Assembly (NCBI GenBank): GCA_951406725.2
Contig: OX597823.1
Coordinates: 4,588,001-4,652,000, forward strand
Origin: Octopus vulgaris
Lineage: Eukaryota
Length of the DNA stretch: 64,000 nucleotides
Reading direction: 5' to 3'
Positions 13,574 through 26,138 of the stretch are shown in pieces. Numbering within the stretch: position 1 is the stretch's first letter; each line of letters begins with the position of its first letter. The notes beneath the pieces were generated by a model. The model was not told where the DNA came from. It did no database searches and worked only from the letters and a program-made list of their open reading frames with translations. The position numbers and the translations under genes are program-made.

Positions 13574-13986
13574 TTATTTTTCTTTTTAATATAAAAAACT
13601 CTCATCAAGTAAATAAAATGAGACAGTTTCTCCATGGCAACAAACTTCTTAAACTGTGACAGAAAAATAAAACAAAATATAACTCCTTGTTTGATTGTGT
13701 GCATTAAGTAGATAGCGAATGTTTGGTGAGGGGATAAGAGTACCATAATTGACAGGAAGTGGGACTCATAGGAAGTCAGCAACACTTCGGAAGGAAGAGC
13801 TTCTTTAGAAAAGTGTGTGTGTGTGTGTGTGTGTTTATATACACACAGTGTGTGTGTGATGAAAAGTTCTTAGGAAGATTAATTTTTGACGAGGAATGAA
13901 CAAACATTAAATAAATATTAACCAAAAATTGACTGATATTTGTGAGAAGGAAAAAAAACGGAGATGCATTTTCTTTTTCTATTTAA

Positions 13987-14382
13987 TACTCTGTTACTTG
14001 TTTCAGTCATTTGACTGCGGCCATGCTGGAGCACCGCCTTTAGTCGAGCAACTCGACCCTGGGACTTATTCTTTTGTAAGCCCAGTACTTATTCTATCGG
14101 TCTCTTTTGCCGAACCGCTAAGTAACGGGAACATAAACACACCAGCATTGGTTGTCAACCAATGCTAGGGGACAAACACACACACAAACACATACACGGA
14201 TATATATATATATATATACATATATACGACAGGCTTCTTTCAGTTTCCGTCTACCAAATCCACTCACAAGTCTTTGGTCAGCCCGAGGCTATAGTAGAAG
14301 ACACTTGCCCAAGGTGCCACGCAGTGGGATTGAACCATGTGGTTGGTAGACAAGCTACTTACCACACAGCCACTCCTGCGCC
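13987..14382 (-). mobile_element. Full-length tRNA-derived SINE with central (CA/TA)n tract and ...TGACTGAAACAAGTAA tail
   Basis: Reverse complement of the 35188-35588 copy; related copies at 23955-24308, 40030-40370, 53155-53543, 60430-60800. Confidence 0.85.
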
Positions 14383-15545
14383 TAATGATGTTTTAATGAT
14401 TTTTTTTTTACCATATGATTTTATAGTTCCCACAAATTTGACCATTAATATGGATTGGCTATTTGGTTAATAAGTTCATTTCCCAACCATGTGGCTTCGG
14501 GTTCAGTCCCACTGTGTGACACCTTGTGCAAGTGCTGTCTATTACAGTCTTGGGCTAACCAAAGTGGATTCCAAGGACGAAAACTGAAAGAAGCCCATCA
14601 TATATATGTGTGTGTGTGTGTGAGTGTGTACTCTAGTCTTGACAGGGTGCGATTCATTTCCAACATTCTGTAAGAATGTGTCTGGCCATGGATGAATATT
14701 ACTTTACAAGAAACAGGTGAGGACTGGCAACAAGAAGGACATACAGCCACAGAAGACCTGCCTCAATGAACCGTCCAACCCATGCAAGCATGGAAAAAGT
14801 GGAGGTTAAAAACGAGTGGGGAATGACTGGGACAAGTGAAAAATGAAACTCCTTAAAAAAAGCACAACACAGCTAACAATTAAAAGAAATCATCATTTCA
14901 TGTCCACTTTTCCATGCTTGCATGGGTCAGATGGAATTCATTGTACTAGATTTTCTATGGTTGGATGCCCTTCCTCTCACCAACCTTTTCCTGTTTCCAA
15001 ATAAGGTAATATTTCCCCTTGGATAAATGTGCTTCCATGGAAAACTAGAAATGAAGCAAGAGACTGCTAGTATGATGGTGACAGCTGTTTACAATTATTA
15101 CACGATGTCAAGACAAAGCGACAAACACATACAAATGTGTGCACACACACACAAGGTTTTGTCAGTTTCCATGGGAAAAAAGATCCACTCACGAGTCTTT
15201 GGTCAGCTCAGAGCTATAGAAGACACTTGCCCAAAGTGCCATACAGTGGGACTGAACCTAAAACCCTATGGTGTGGGAGTGAACTTAGTAACCACGTAGC
15301 CATGTCTGTGCCAGATAGCTCTTTTTTCTTTTTTAGGGCTTCAGGTCAATAAATGAGAGCCTTAATTAGTTTAAACTCTTTGGCTCTCTCTCTCTCACCC
15401 TAAGAGCTAATAAGACAGAAAAGAAAACAATAACAAACAAAGAAAACAAAACTGGTTATTGAAGAATATGGTGTAAGAATAAAGCAAATAAGAAAATAAA
15501 TTTTGTTTAGCATGGAAAAATGTTAAGTGAGAAAGCAAGACTCAC

Positions 15546-15634
15546 CTTTCCACTATAAATTTCAAAATAACTTGCACTCACAGTAAGATCAAATTTTTTA
15601 TAACGAGAATGGAGTAATTTAAAGACATCTTTTG
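15546..15634 (-). CDS. KIF2A: Kinesin-13 exon (A)KDVFKLLHSRYKKFDLTVSASYFEIYSGK (89 nt, phase 1->0)
   Basis: ttacag / gtgagt; S[FY]FEIY motif. Confidence 0.97.
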
Positions 15635-16079
15635 CTGTAACAAACAACAGAAGGTTTTAATTAATCCAATTTGCCTAAAACTGTGCAACTGTGAATATAG
15701 AAGTAGAATGGTAAGATTAAATCCTATCTAAATAATGCTTTAACCCTTTCATTACCGTTTTTTTTTTTTTTTGAGATGCTCTGTTTCTTTCAAATACTTT
15801 AAATATTACAAAGAATTTAGTAAAATAACTCGGTTATCATTCAGCGAGTGTTAGGAACATAAATTGTGACTAAGGTTTGGTTGAAGATTTTAATTCAAAA
15901 TTTATGAAAACCAGACATTTGTACTCAGAGCCAGTTTCAGCCTGGCTGGTAACAAAAAGGGTTAAGTTACACAAGTCAGATAAAGTTGACAAAACTAAAG
16001 AACTTTAGCAAACTTAATTACAAATTATATAAAAGAGATCATTTAAATAGTTAACTTGGATTTCTTTAATCAGCGTGAT

Positions 16080-16423
16080 TGTTGCCAGGGTCGTTGACTG
16101 GCTCCTGTGCCAGTGGCATGTAAAAAAAAGCACCATTCGAACATGGTCATTGCCAGTGCTGCTGGACTGGCTCCTGTGCAGGTGGCATGTAAAAAGCACC
16201 ATTTGAACGTGGCCAATGCCAGTACCGCCTGACTGGCTCTCATGCTGGTGGCATGTAAAGGCACCCACTACACTCTCGGAGTGGTTGGCATTAGGAAGGG
16301 CATCCAGCTGTAGAAACTTTGCCAGATCAGATTGGAGACTGGTGCAGCCTTCTGGCTCGCCAGCTCTCAGTCAAACCGTCCAACCCATGCCAGCATGGAA
16401 AGCGGACGTTAAATGATGATGAT
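16080..16423 (+). mobile_element. SINE-like repeat, (GAT)n-tail family
   Basis: Internal tandem units and conserved 3' end shared with many copies in the window. Confidence 0.8.
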
Positions 16424-17089
16424 TTTGGTGCCAACCTACTTGAGACTACCCCCTAGTTCTAAAATACAATTTTCCTGTTTTCTGTTAATTTGTTCCAGAC
16501 ACCAGCTTAACAATGACAACACTATTTTGCTAAATTCTTTTTTTTTTTTCAAAATTAATTGAAACAAAGACAATTTCAACAGAAATATAACAAAAAAGAG
16601 TTAAACAGACCAATGGTGATAGAAATCCCAACCATGGCCATCCAGTCAATTTTTTTTTTTTTTTTAATCACATTAAATCTCACACATCATCCAATGATGG
16701 TAGGATGGGCTTTAATTAACCCTTCCGATACCACTACACTTGAGACCATTCCCTGGTTCTGATACAAATTTTGTTTTAAAATTATCTAAATCAAAATCTC
16801 CCACAAAAATTCCATGTTAAAATTCATGTTCCAAATATCGGCTTAATAAATGACAAAGTCATTTTACAAAATACTTCATTATTTTAAAAATTAACTAAAA
16901 CAAAAGCAGAGTATTTAAAAAACAATAAGGTAAACAAAAGGTTAAAGGTCAACAGCTCTAATTTAATATCTTGACATTTTTAAAATGAAATAAACTTTAT
17001 ACATTTGTTTGGAATTTTCAGACTACATATTTCTCATTCTTACAGAAAAAAACAAAAAAAAATTATCACTAGCAACATTTCAGATAATG

Positions 17090-17118
17090 TATTAATAATA
17101 ATTAATAATAATAATAAT

Positions 17119-17167
<49 letters not shown>

Positions 17168-17403
17168 TAATAATAATAATAATTAATAATAATAATAATT
17201 AATAATAATAAATAATAATAATAATGATGATGAAATTATTGTATACAGTGCTCAGGTGCACCACAACTTGTCAGAAAGTGTGTATAAAGTATATGCAGTA
17301 ATGTACAAATGTCTGGAAAGCGAACAATGTATGAGTCAGATACATGCTTGTGTGTGTATGGAGGGGAGAAAATCAGGTGTAGTGTTGGCGAATCTCAGAA
17401 AGC
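17090..17403 (-). mobile_element. 3' end of a non-LTR element with an expanded (ATT)n tail
   Basis: 17225-17285 matches 686-750 (aatgaaattattgtatacagtgctcaggtgcaccacaac); adjacent to ~135 bp of (AAT)n. Confidence 0.55.
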
Positions 17404-17729
17404 CTGACAGTATTAGGGAAAAATACTTATCAGAAATAAATATTCATTTGTACGTACAACTTAAACTTGGACGGGTGGTTTTCAATTCTGTAGGTTCTCG
17501 TAATCAATCTGAGAAATCATTTTATTATAGATGTTAGGTGCTTTCTCAAGTTGATTACCACAGCCTCTGGCATTCAAAACAACTCAACCAAGTTAAGGTT
17601 GGGTGTGCTAATTAATATTCATTATAAAGGCTGTTCCTGTCATTTACAGCTAAGTTATACGTCTCAGAAACACAAGGAAAAATAATTTGTTTTAAAAATA
17701 TAATTAAACATTAAAACTGTTTAAATTCA

Positions 17730-17858
<129 letters not shown>

Positions 17859-18664
17859 TTAGCACACCAGGCAGAATGGTTAGTGGCATTTTACCTGTCT
17901 TTTTACATTCTGAGTTCAAATTCTGCCAAGGTCAATACAATAAATACCAGTTGAGCACTGAGGGCCAATGTAATTGACTTACACTCCCTTCCTTGAAATT
18001 GCTGGCCTTGTGCCAAAATTTGAAATCAGTAGCAGTAATTTTTCACATATGCACAAGGCCAATCACCCTCAAACCTGGAAAGATGACAGGAAAAGTTGAT
18101 TTTGGTGGGTTTTGAACTTGCAAAGTCGAAGAACTAGAATACCACTAGGCATTTTGTCTGTCTCTCACCAAATTCTGCCATTCACTGCTTTCCTCTGATA
18201 ATTATCTCTCAGTTAGACACACAAGGCCTGCCATTTTGAGGGAAAATGTTAGTTTTTACCATTCACCCAATATTTGACAGCTGCTTTATTTTATCGACCC
18301 TGAAAGGATGAAAGGCAAAGGTGACCTTGGCATGATTTGAACTCAGAATGTAAAGAGCTGGAACAAAGCAATTTTTTCCCTGGCACTCCAGCAATTCTGC
18401 CAGCTCACCAATGTGCAAAAGACAATGTAATCATTAGAACATTATTATTCCAACAGTGTTTATGCTGTTGCTGGCTGAATGCTCTCCCTGCTACCAACCC
18501 TCACGTGTTTCAAAGTAAGGTAATATTTTCCTAGAGCCAGGCATGTCTTCAGAGAATACTGGAAATGAATGACACTGCTTGTAGGACAGTGACACTCATT
18601 TACAATTGTGGCATAGTAACAAGACAAAGACATACACACACATATATCTACATACACGTGTGGA

Positions 18665-18734
<70 letters not shown>

Positions 18735-18750
18735 TCCACGTGTATGTAGA

Positions 18751-18804
<54 letters not shown>

Positions 18805-18882
18805 TATATCTACATACACGTGTGGATGTGTGTGTGTGTGTGTATGTGTATATATATATATATATCTACATACACGTGTGGA

Positions 18883-18937
<55 letters not shown>

Positions 18938-19180
18938 GCATACATACACACACACACATTTACACACAAACACAAGAGGCTTCTTTCAGTTTCCGTCTAC
19001 CAAATCCACTCACAAGGCTTTGGTCAGCTTCAGCCTATAGTAGAAGACACTTGCCCAAGGTGTCACACACGGGGATTGAACCGCAAACCATACGGTCAGA
19101 AGGCAAACTTTTCAACCAGACAGTCATGCCTGTACCTACAAAAACTAGTCAAACTCTTGTTGGGTTTCTGAGTCAACTCA

Positions 19181-19363
<183 letters not shown>

Positions 19364-19370
19364 CTATATA

Positions 19371-20564
19371 TCTCTTATTATAAAAGGCAGATTTTATCTG
19401 CCTCCCTTTGGGAGTTATACAAATCTACAATATAGGATTTCTTCAATTACAATTTACCTAGCATTTTTAAGAGTAGAATGCATCGGGTCATGCCAGGTCC
19501 AGTTTTTAAAATTTAAACTCCAATTAAGCAAAATTTACAGAAAACTCACATTCTGGTGTGTATGTCAAATGCTTTTCTTAGTCTGGTTTACAGCACACGC
19601 AAACGCACACATACAGTGTGCAACGAATAAAGTGAAACTAGATGTAATATTTGTTTCTGGCTATCACGCTGATAGATACATGAGTGAAATGTATGGCAAG
19701 CTAAGAGATAAGAGTGAGTGAAAATGTTCTTGGAAGAGAGTAAATAGCGACAGAGTGATTTGAGGAAGACTAAACTGAAAGTATGAAACAGTGTTTATGT
19801 ATAAACAGACGACACTTATATATAGTTATTAATAAATGTATGCATCCGTTTAACCCTTTCGTTACCAAACCGCCCGAATTTACCTATTCATATTTAAATG
19901 AGAATATCAGAGTAAATCTCTTTAGTACATTCGTGAAAACACGTATTATACTTCGTAAACAGTTCAACTACAGTTTTGTACAACAATCGAAGTGTAATTT
20001 TAATTCCGTGAATTATGGGAGATTTTTTTCCGAAATTTGTTCCTATTGCGTTTTCAAAATTTGTAATTCTGGCAAAAAATGGATACGAATTTCATTATAT
20101 CAAGCAGCGAGTCAGAATTCGAAGGATTTTCTACTGAAGACCTTCATAAATCTAACTCTATGACTGAAAAAAAAAAGCATCTTTATATAAGAGTGAAGTT
20201 GTGTGTCTGTCTCCTACGATTTAGATTCGTAACTACTCCCACATTTTGCGGTGCAGTTTAACCAAAAGCGGGTATCTTATAGTCGTGATTCATATCGAGC
20301 CCTTCTGGGTATTAGCACGCGTCTACGATGAGTCTACGATTTAAAAAAAATTTACCATCATATTTTTCCATTTTAATGCATTTTTTTCCGCTTTTATATA
20401 AGGGAAGTAACTCTCTAAAAATATCTACGATGTGTCAACGATTTTAAAAAAAATTTACCTTAATTTTTTTTCAATTTTTAATGCATTTTTTGGCTATAAC
20501 TCTCTAAAAATGCTTATATAGTTATTTCCCTTACAATCCGAGCAACGCCGGGCGATACTGCTAG
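19371..20564 (+). mobile_element. Non-autonomous Helitron-like element followed by a tandem second 5' end (20571-20832)
   Basis: A|TC start, GC-rich subterminal segment CCGAGCAACGCCGGG, CTAG|T end at 20561-20565; the first ~265 bp recur exactly 1200 bp downstream. Confidence 0.75.
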
Positions 20565-21067
20565 TATATATCTCTTATTATAAAAGGCAGATTTTATCTG
20601 CCTCCCTTTGGGAGTTATACAAATCTACAATATAGGATTTCTTCAATTACAATTTACCTTGCATTTTTAAGAGTACAATGCATCGCGTCATGCCAGGTCC
20701 AGTTTTTAAAATTTAAACTCCAGTTAAGCAAAATTTACAGAAAACTCACATTCTGGTGTGTGTGTCAAATGCTTTTCTTAGTCTGGTTTACACCACACGC
20801 AAACGCACACACACAGTGGGCAACGAATAAAATGAAAGTAATTGACTTACTGTAGTGAGTGATTCTTTCACTGCCTCCCACTTCCTCTTTCCACATAGAC
20901 ACGCAAATATATAAATAAAATTGTAAGCTAACGTGCGTGTGTGTGAGTGGGTGGGTGTGGGTGTGCGCGTGTGAGGGTGCGTGTGTGTGTGTGTGTGTGC
21001 GTGTGCGTGAGTGTGTGACAGGAAAGTTTTTTACGACGAATATAACACCTATATCCAAGTAGCAGAA

Positions 21068-21322
21068 AGATAAGACAGTAAGGTGTGATTTGGGGGAAAT
21101 TTGGCTGCTATTTCTACCAGGTCTAGCTGCCATGTAGGGGTCTCCTTCATAGGCTCATACATACATATATACATAGATAAGACAGTAAGGTGTGATTTGG
21201 GGGAAATTTGGCTGCTATTTCTACCAGGTCTAGCTGCCATGTAGGGGTCTCCCTCATAGGCTCATACATACATATATACATAGATAAGACAGTAAGGTGT
21301 GATTTGGGGGAAATTTGGCTGC
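21068..21322. repeat. Tandem repeat, 107-bp unit x ~2.4
   Basis: agataagacagtaaggtgtgatttgggggaaatttggctgc starts at 21068, 21175 and 21282. Confidence 0.9.
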
Positions 21323-21337
21323 CGGGTCATAGTGTTA

Positions 21338-21379
<42 letters not shown>

Positions 21380-22309
21380 GTTTTAAAATTTTGGCATAAG
21401 GCCAGCAATTGGGGGGGGGGGAGTTGATTACATCAACCCCCAGTGCTCAACTGGTCCTTATTTTATTGACCACAAAAGGGTGATTGGCAAAGTCCACCAC
21501 GGCAGCATTTCAACTCAGAATGTAAAGACAGACAAAATGCCACTGAGATTTCTAAACATTTCTCCCGGTGTGCTAACAATTCTACCAGCTTGCCACCCTA
21601 ATAACAATAATAAAGGTACAGGGTCTGAAATGTTGGCGGGAGGGTTTAAGCCAATTACCTCAACCCCAGTGTTTCACTGGTACTGAATCTATTGACCTTG
21701 AAAGGATGAAAGGCAAGGTCAAACTTGGTGAAGTTTGAACTCAAATAATAATAATCTTTTCTACTATAGGCACAAGGCCTGAAGTTTGTGGATGGGGAAC
21801 AGGCGAATAAATTGACCTCAGTGCACAACTGGTACTTATTTTATCAATTCCAAAAGGATGAAAGGCAAAGTCATCCCTGGAAGAATTTGAACTCAGAACG
21901 TAATGATGGAAGAAATGCCACCAAGTATTTTGCCTGGCATGCTAACAATTCTGCCAGCTCACCAGTAATAATAATAATAATGTTTTCTATTACAGGCACA
22001 AGGCCTGAAATTTCTGAAGAAGATGCTAATCTGTTACATTGACTCTGGTGCTTAACTGGTATTAGCTTTATTGATCCCGGAAGGGATGGAAGTCAAAGTC
22101 AGCCACAGCGGAATTTATTACAGAACCAGGAGCAGTCTTAGGTAAGTTGGTGTGAAAAGGGTCAAAAATTGACAAGATGGGGTTTGGGATAAATTCAGCA
22201 GTTATTTCTAGCAGGTTGGACAACCCGTTCGCTAACGAATAGTATTACTCATAATTTAATCATTATTATTATCATCTATATGGATGGTGAAGAAGAAACA
22301 CAGTACTCA

Positions 22310-22564
<255 letters not shown>

Positions 22565-23304
22565 TTAAAAGACAAAACAATTACGTGTGTAGTGTTCCAA
22601 TCTCATGGATAAACACTAGAATCTCCCATCAGCTCTCACTTTCACAAACTCACCTGCTTCTTGGCCCCTATCCCTCATCCCTCTGGCATTCTTGTAGGTA
22701 GTACCCACCCCTCTATCATACACTTGCCCATCAACATGTGGCATAAGCCACCTCCCACAGTACTACACCCACCTCCAATCAAGAGGTCTTGTCTTGTGAG
22801 CTTTTTGGTGCACCTCACAGGTTCAGGTGACGCATAAAAGGCACACGGTACACTCTGTGAAGTGGTCGATGTTAGGAACCATGCCAAGACGATGTAACAA
22901 CCATCTGACCTGTTGGATGCTGTCCAACCATGCAGCCCTTGCCAGCATGGAAGACAGGTGTTAAATGATCGCACACACACACACACACACACAATTATAT
23001 CATCGTCATCATTTACTGTCTGCTTTCCATGCTGGCATGGATTGGATAGTTTGATATGGAGCTGGCCAAACTCTAATTGTCTGTTGTGGCATGGTTTCTA
23101 CGACTGGCTGCCCTTCCCTGACGCCAACCACTTAACAGAGTGTGTTGGGTGCTTTTTGTGTGGCACAGGCCCCTGTAAAGAACAAGCCTGTATGCATGGA
23201 AGACAAGGATTTCACTTAGCTTGGTACGTCTTATCAAGTACAGCAAATCACATCTCCTGCTCCCTTGTCATTTCCTCAGACGCACTCTACATACACACAC
23301 ACTC

Positions 23305-23343
<39 letters not shown>

Positions 23344-23354
23344 GGACAGGACGG

Positions 23355-23389
<35 letters not shown>

Positions 23390-23541
23390 ATGTAAGCTGG
23401 CAGAATCTCATTAGCATGCTGGCATTTCTTCTGGCTTTATGTTCTAAGTTTAAATTCCACTGAGGTTGACTTTGCCTTTCTTCCTTTTGGGGTTGATAAA
23501 ACAAGTACCAGTTGAGTACTGGGGTCAATATAATCGATTTA

Positions 23542-23859
<318 letters not shown>

Positions 23860-24086
23860 TCATTGCCATTAAATGGAAATAAAAAAAACCAAACAAACAA
23901 GTCATATAAGGTGCAAACACAAAAGCAAGCATTTAAAAAATTTTTTAAGCTTGCTTACAAACCACATGGTTCCGGGTTCAGTCCCACTACATGGCACCTT
24001 GGGCAAGTGTCATCTACTATAGCCTCAGGCCAACCAAAGCCTTGTGAGTGGATTTGGTAGACGGAAACTGAAAGAAGCCCATCGTA

Positions 24087-24122
<36 letters not shown>

Positions 24123-25319
24123 TGTCCCCTCAACATCGCTTGACAACCGATGGTGTGTATACGTCCCTGTAACTTAGCGGTTCGGCAAAAGAGACCGATA
24201 GAATAAGTACTAGGCTTACAAAGAATAAGTCCTGGAATTGATTTGCTCGACTAAAGGTGGTGCTCCAGCATGGCCACAGTCAAATGACTGAAACAAGTAA
24301 AAGAGTAAACCTGAAATTTTTTTCTTCATATTTGTGCTGAAATAAAAAACAGTTTCTAGTGATCTCAGGTAACTCAAATGATTTTTGTTAATTTATTAGC
24401 TTCACAGGTGTAGGCATGGCTGTGTGGTTAAGAAGCACTTCCTAACGATGTGGTTTCCAGTTGTCTCATTGTTCAGCACTTCTTGTGCATCTTATGCTAT
24501 TACCCTGGGCCCATCAAAGCTTTGTGGATGGATTTGGCAGAGGGAAACTGAAAGAAGCTGGTAGTGTGTGTGTGCGTGTGTTTCTACCTCTTTGTTTTGA
24601 CATCACATGATAGTGACACTCCAAACTGAAAGAATCCCAGTGTGTATGTGTGTGTTTCTAGTTGAACTTCTCCAAAAACTCAGTGAGATACAAATGGTGA
24701 TGAAGCCGTTCTCTCCAGTCGACAAATCCCCCCCCTCTGGCTGCGTCTTCAAAGGTGTGTGGAACAAGAGACACTTTACTTGAAACTCTGGTAGGGATTA
24801 ACGACAGGAAGGCTGTCTTGCATAAAACAATGCTTCATCAAATGATGACTGTATAATGAAGACGCTTGCTTTCCAACCAAATGGTTTTGGGTTCAGTCTC
24901 ATTGTGCAGCACCTCTGGGTCAACCGAAGCCTTGTGAAAGGACATGGTAGACAGAAACTTAAAGAAACTCATTGTGCACACACATGTGCATATAGACAAA
25001 GCAGTAAGGACTTTTTAAAAGTCTTACCAAGAATAAGACAACCTCTCTGGTGTTGGTGCCACAACAAAACAGATCTAATGGTTGATGGTAAGAAGGACAT
25101 CCAGCCAAAAAAAACCATGTCAAAAATGAGAACTACAAAAGTGAGATGTTGCTCTCTGACCTGTCTAGGGCAGCTGTAATTCAAACAGGAATCAGCCTAG
25201 ACCATGGCAACTTGCCCACCCCATGTCAGCATGGAAAGTGTGATGGAATGATCAGTAAACAAGAGGCAGGTGAGAGTCAATGTTAATAACACTTTATCAT
25301 AGAGAGAAACTCTATAACT

Positions 25320-25570
25320 GAACATGAGGAGGAGCAGGTTCTCCACCCTTGGGTGATGCCATAGATCACCGCCCAGGAGTGGTCTGTCATAGACATACGT
25401 ACACATTATTGGATGGCTGTTGACACATGAGTTTCTCCGCCCTTTGCTGGATTTTGTTTTTAGCCTTGCAGGGTGTCCAAAATCACCCTCCTCACCAAGC
25501 AAGCTTGGTGGGGTCGGCAGTTTAGGCACTGACAACCTGAAGAGATGCAACAGGGAGAAAGTCTCAAAGG
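25320..25570 (-). mobile_element. Interspersed repeat fragment (same family as ~3700-3965)
   Basis: Reverse complement of 25441-25520 resembles 3780-3860 (cttgctgggtgaggaaggg...ctgcaggactaaaaccaaa). Confidence 0.5.
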
Positions 25571-25598
25571 AGAGGCAAGAGTGGGGCCAATGTAATAC

Positions 25599-25746
25599 CT
25601 TATCATAGAGAGAAACTCCCAATTTGGGTCGGTCGTGTCATATTCTGTATCTTGCAATTCCCGGACAGCCTGATGATGAGCCCTTCTTTCATCTCGTTTC
25701 TGCTTGATCTTTTCTACTGCTTTCACACAATTCGATTTCCGACGAC
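25599..25746 (-). CDS. KIF2A: Kinesin-13 neck exon (G)RRKSNCVKAVEKIKQKRDERRAHHQAVRELQDTEYDTTDPNWEFLSMI(R) (148 nt, phase 1->2)
   Basis: tgtcag / gtatta; RRKSNCVK neck with the conserved Aurora-type serine. Confidence 0.97.
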
Positions 25747-26018
25747 CTGACAAAAAAAAAAACAACCAAACACTCATATTTAGCTCAATTTCATTTCGAG
25801 CAATTAAAGGACATTCTTTGATCTTATTGATCGTTTATTCAAAACATTTGCAGAATTAATTGTAATAAAGGCAATGTATTCCACAGAAATATCCTAACAA
25901 AAGCATTAAAACAAAAACAATTTCTTGCACTAAAAGAGAATTTCCTGCTACATTATGGGATGCACTTTGGAGTTTCAACAAGAAAAAAGCAAAAAGGACT
26001 TTGAATATTTTTACCAAC

Positions 26019-26138
26019 CTTGATTGTTTGGTATTTTGGATTTTTCGTCTGTCCCATTGTTTACCACAGACTGTCCATTCTGAGAGATCACCGATTGTCG
26101 TGGAACTGCATAGCTAGGACGGGAACGACTTAATGAAC
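26019..26138 (-). CDS. KIF2A: Kinesin-13 exon (G)SLSRSRPSYAVPRQSVISQNGQSVVNNGTDEKSKIPNNQ (120 nt, phase 1->1)
   Basis: ctctcag / gttggt; open frame, phases match both neighbours; contains SKIP. Confidence 0.88.

Noticed and set aside
26015-26018. Alternative donor GTTG|gtaaaa 4 nt downstream of the chosen donor
   Set aside because: It would shift the frame relative to the phase-1 neck exon, so 26019 was used.
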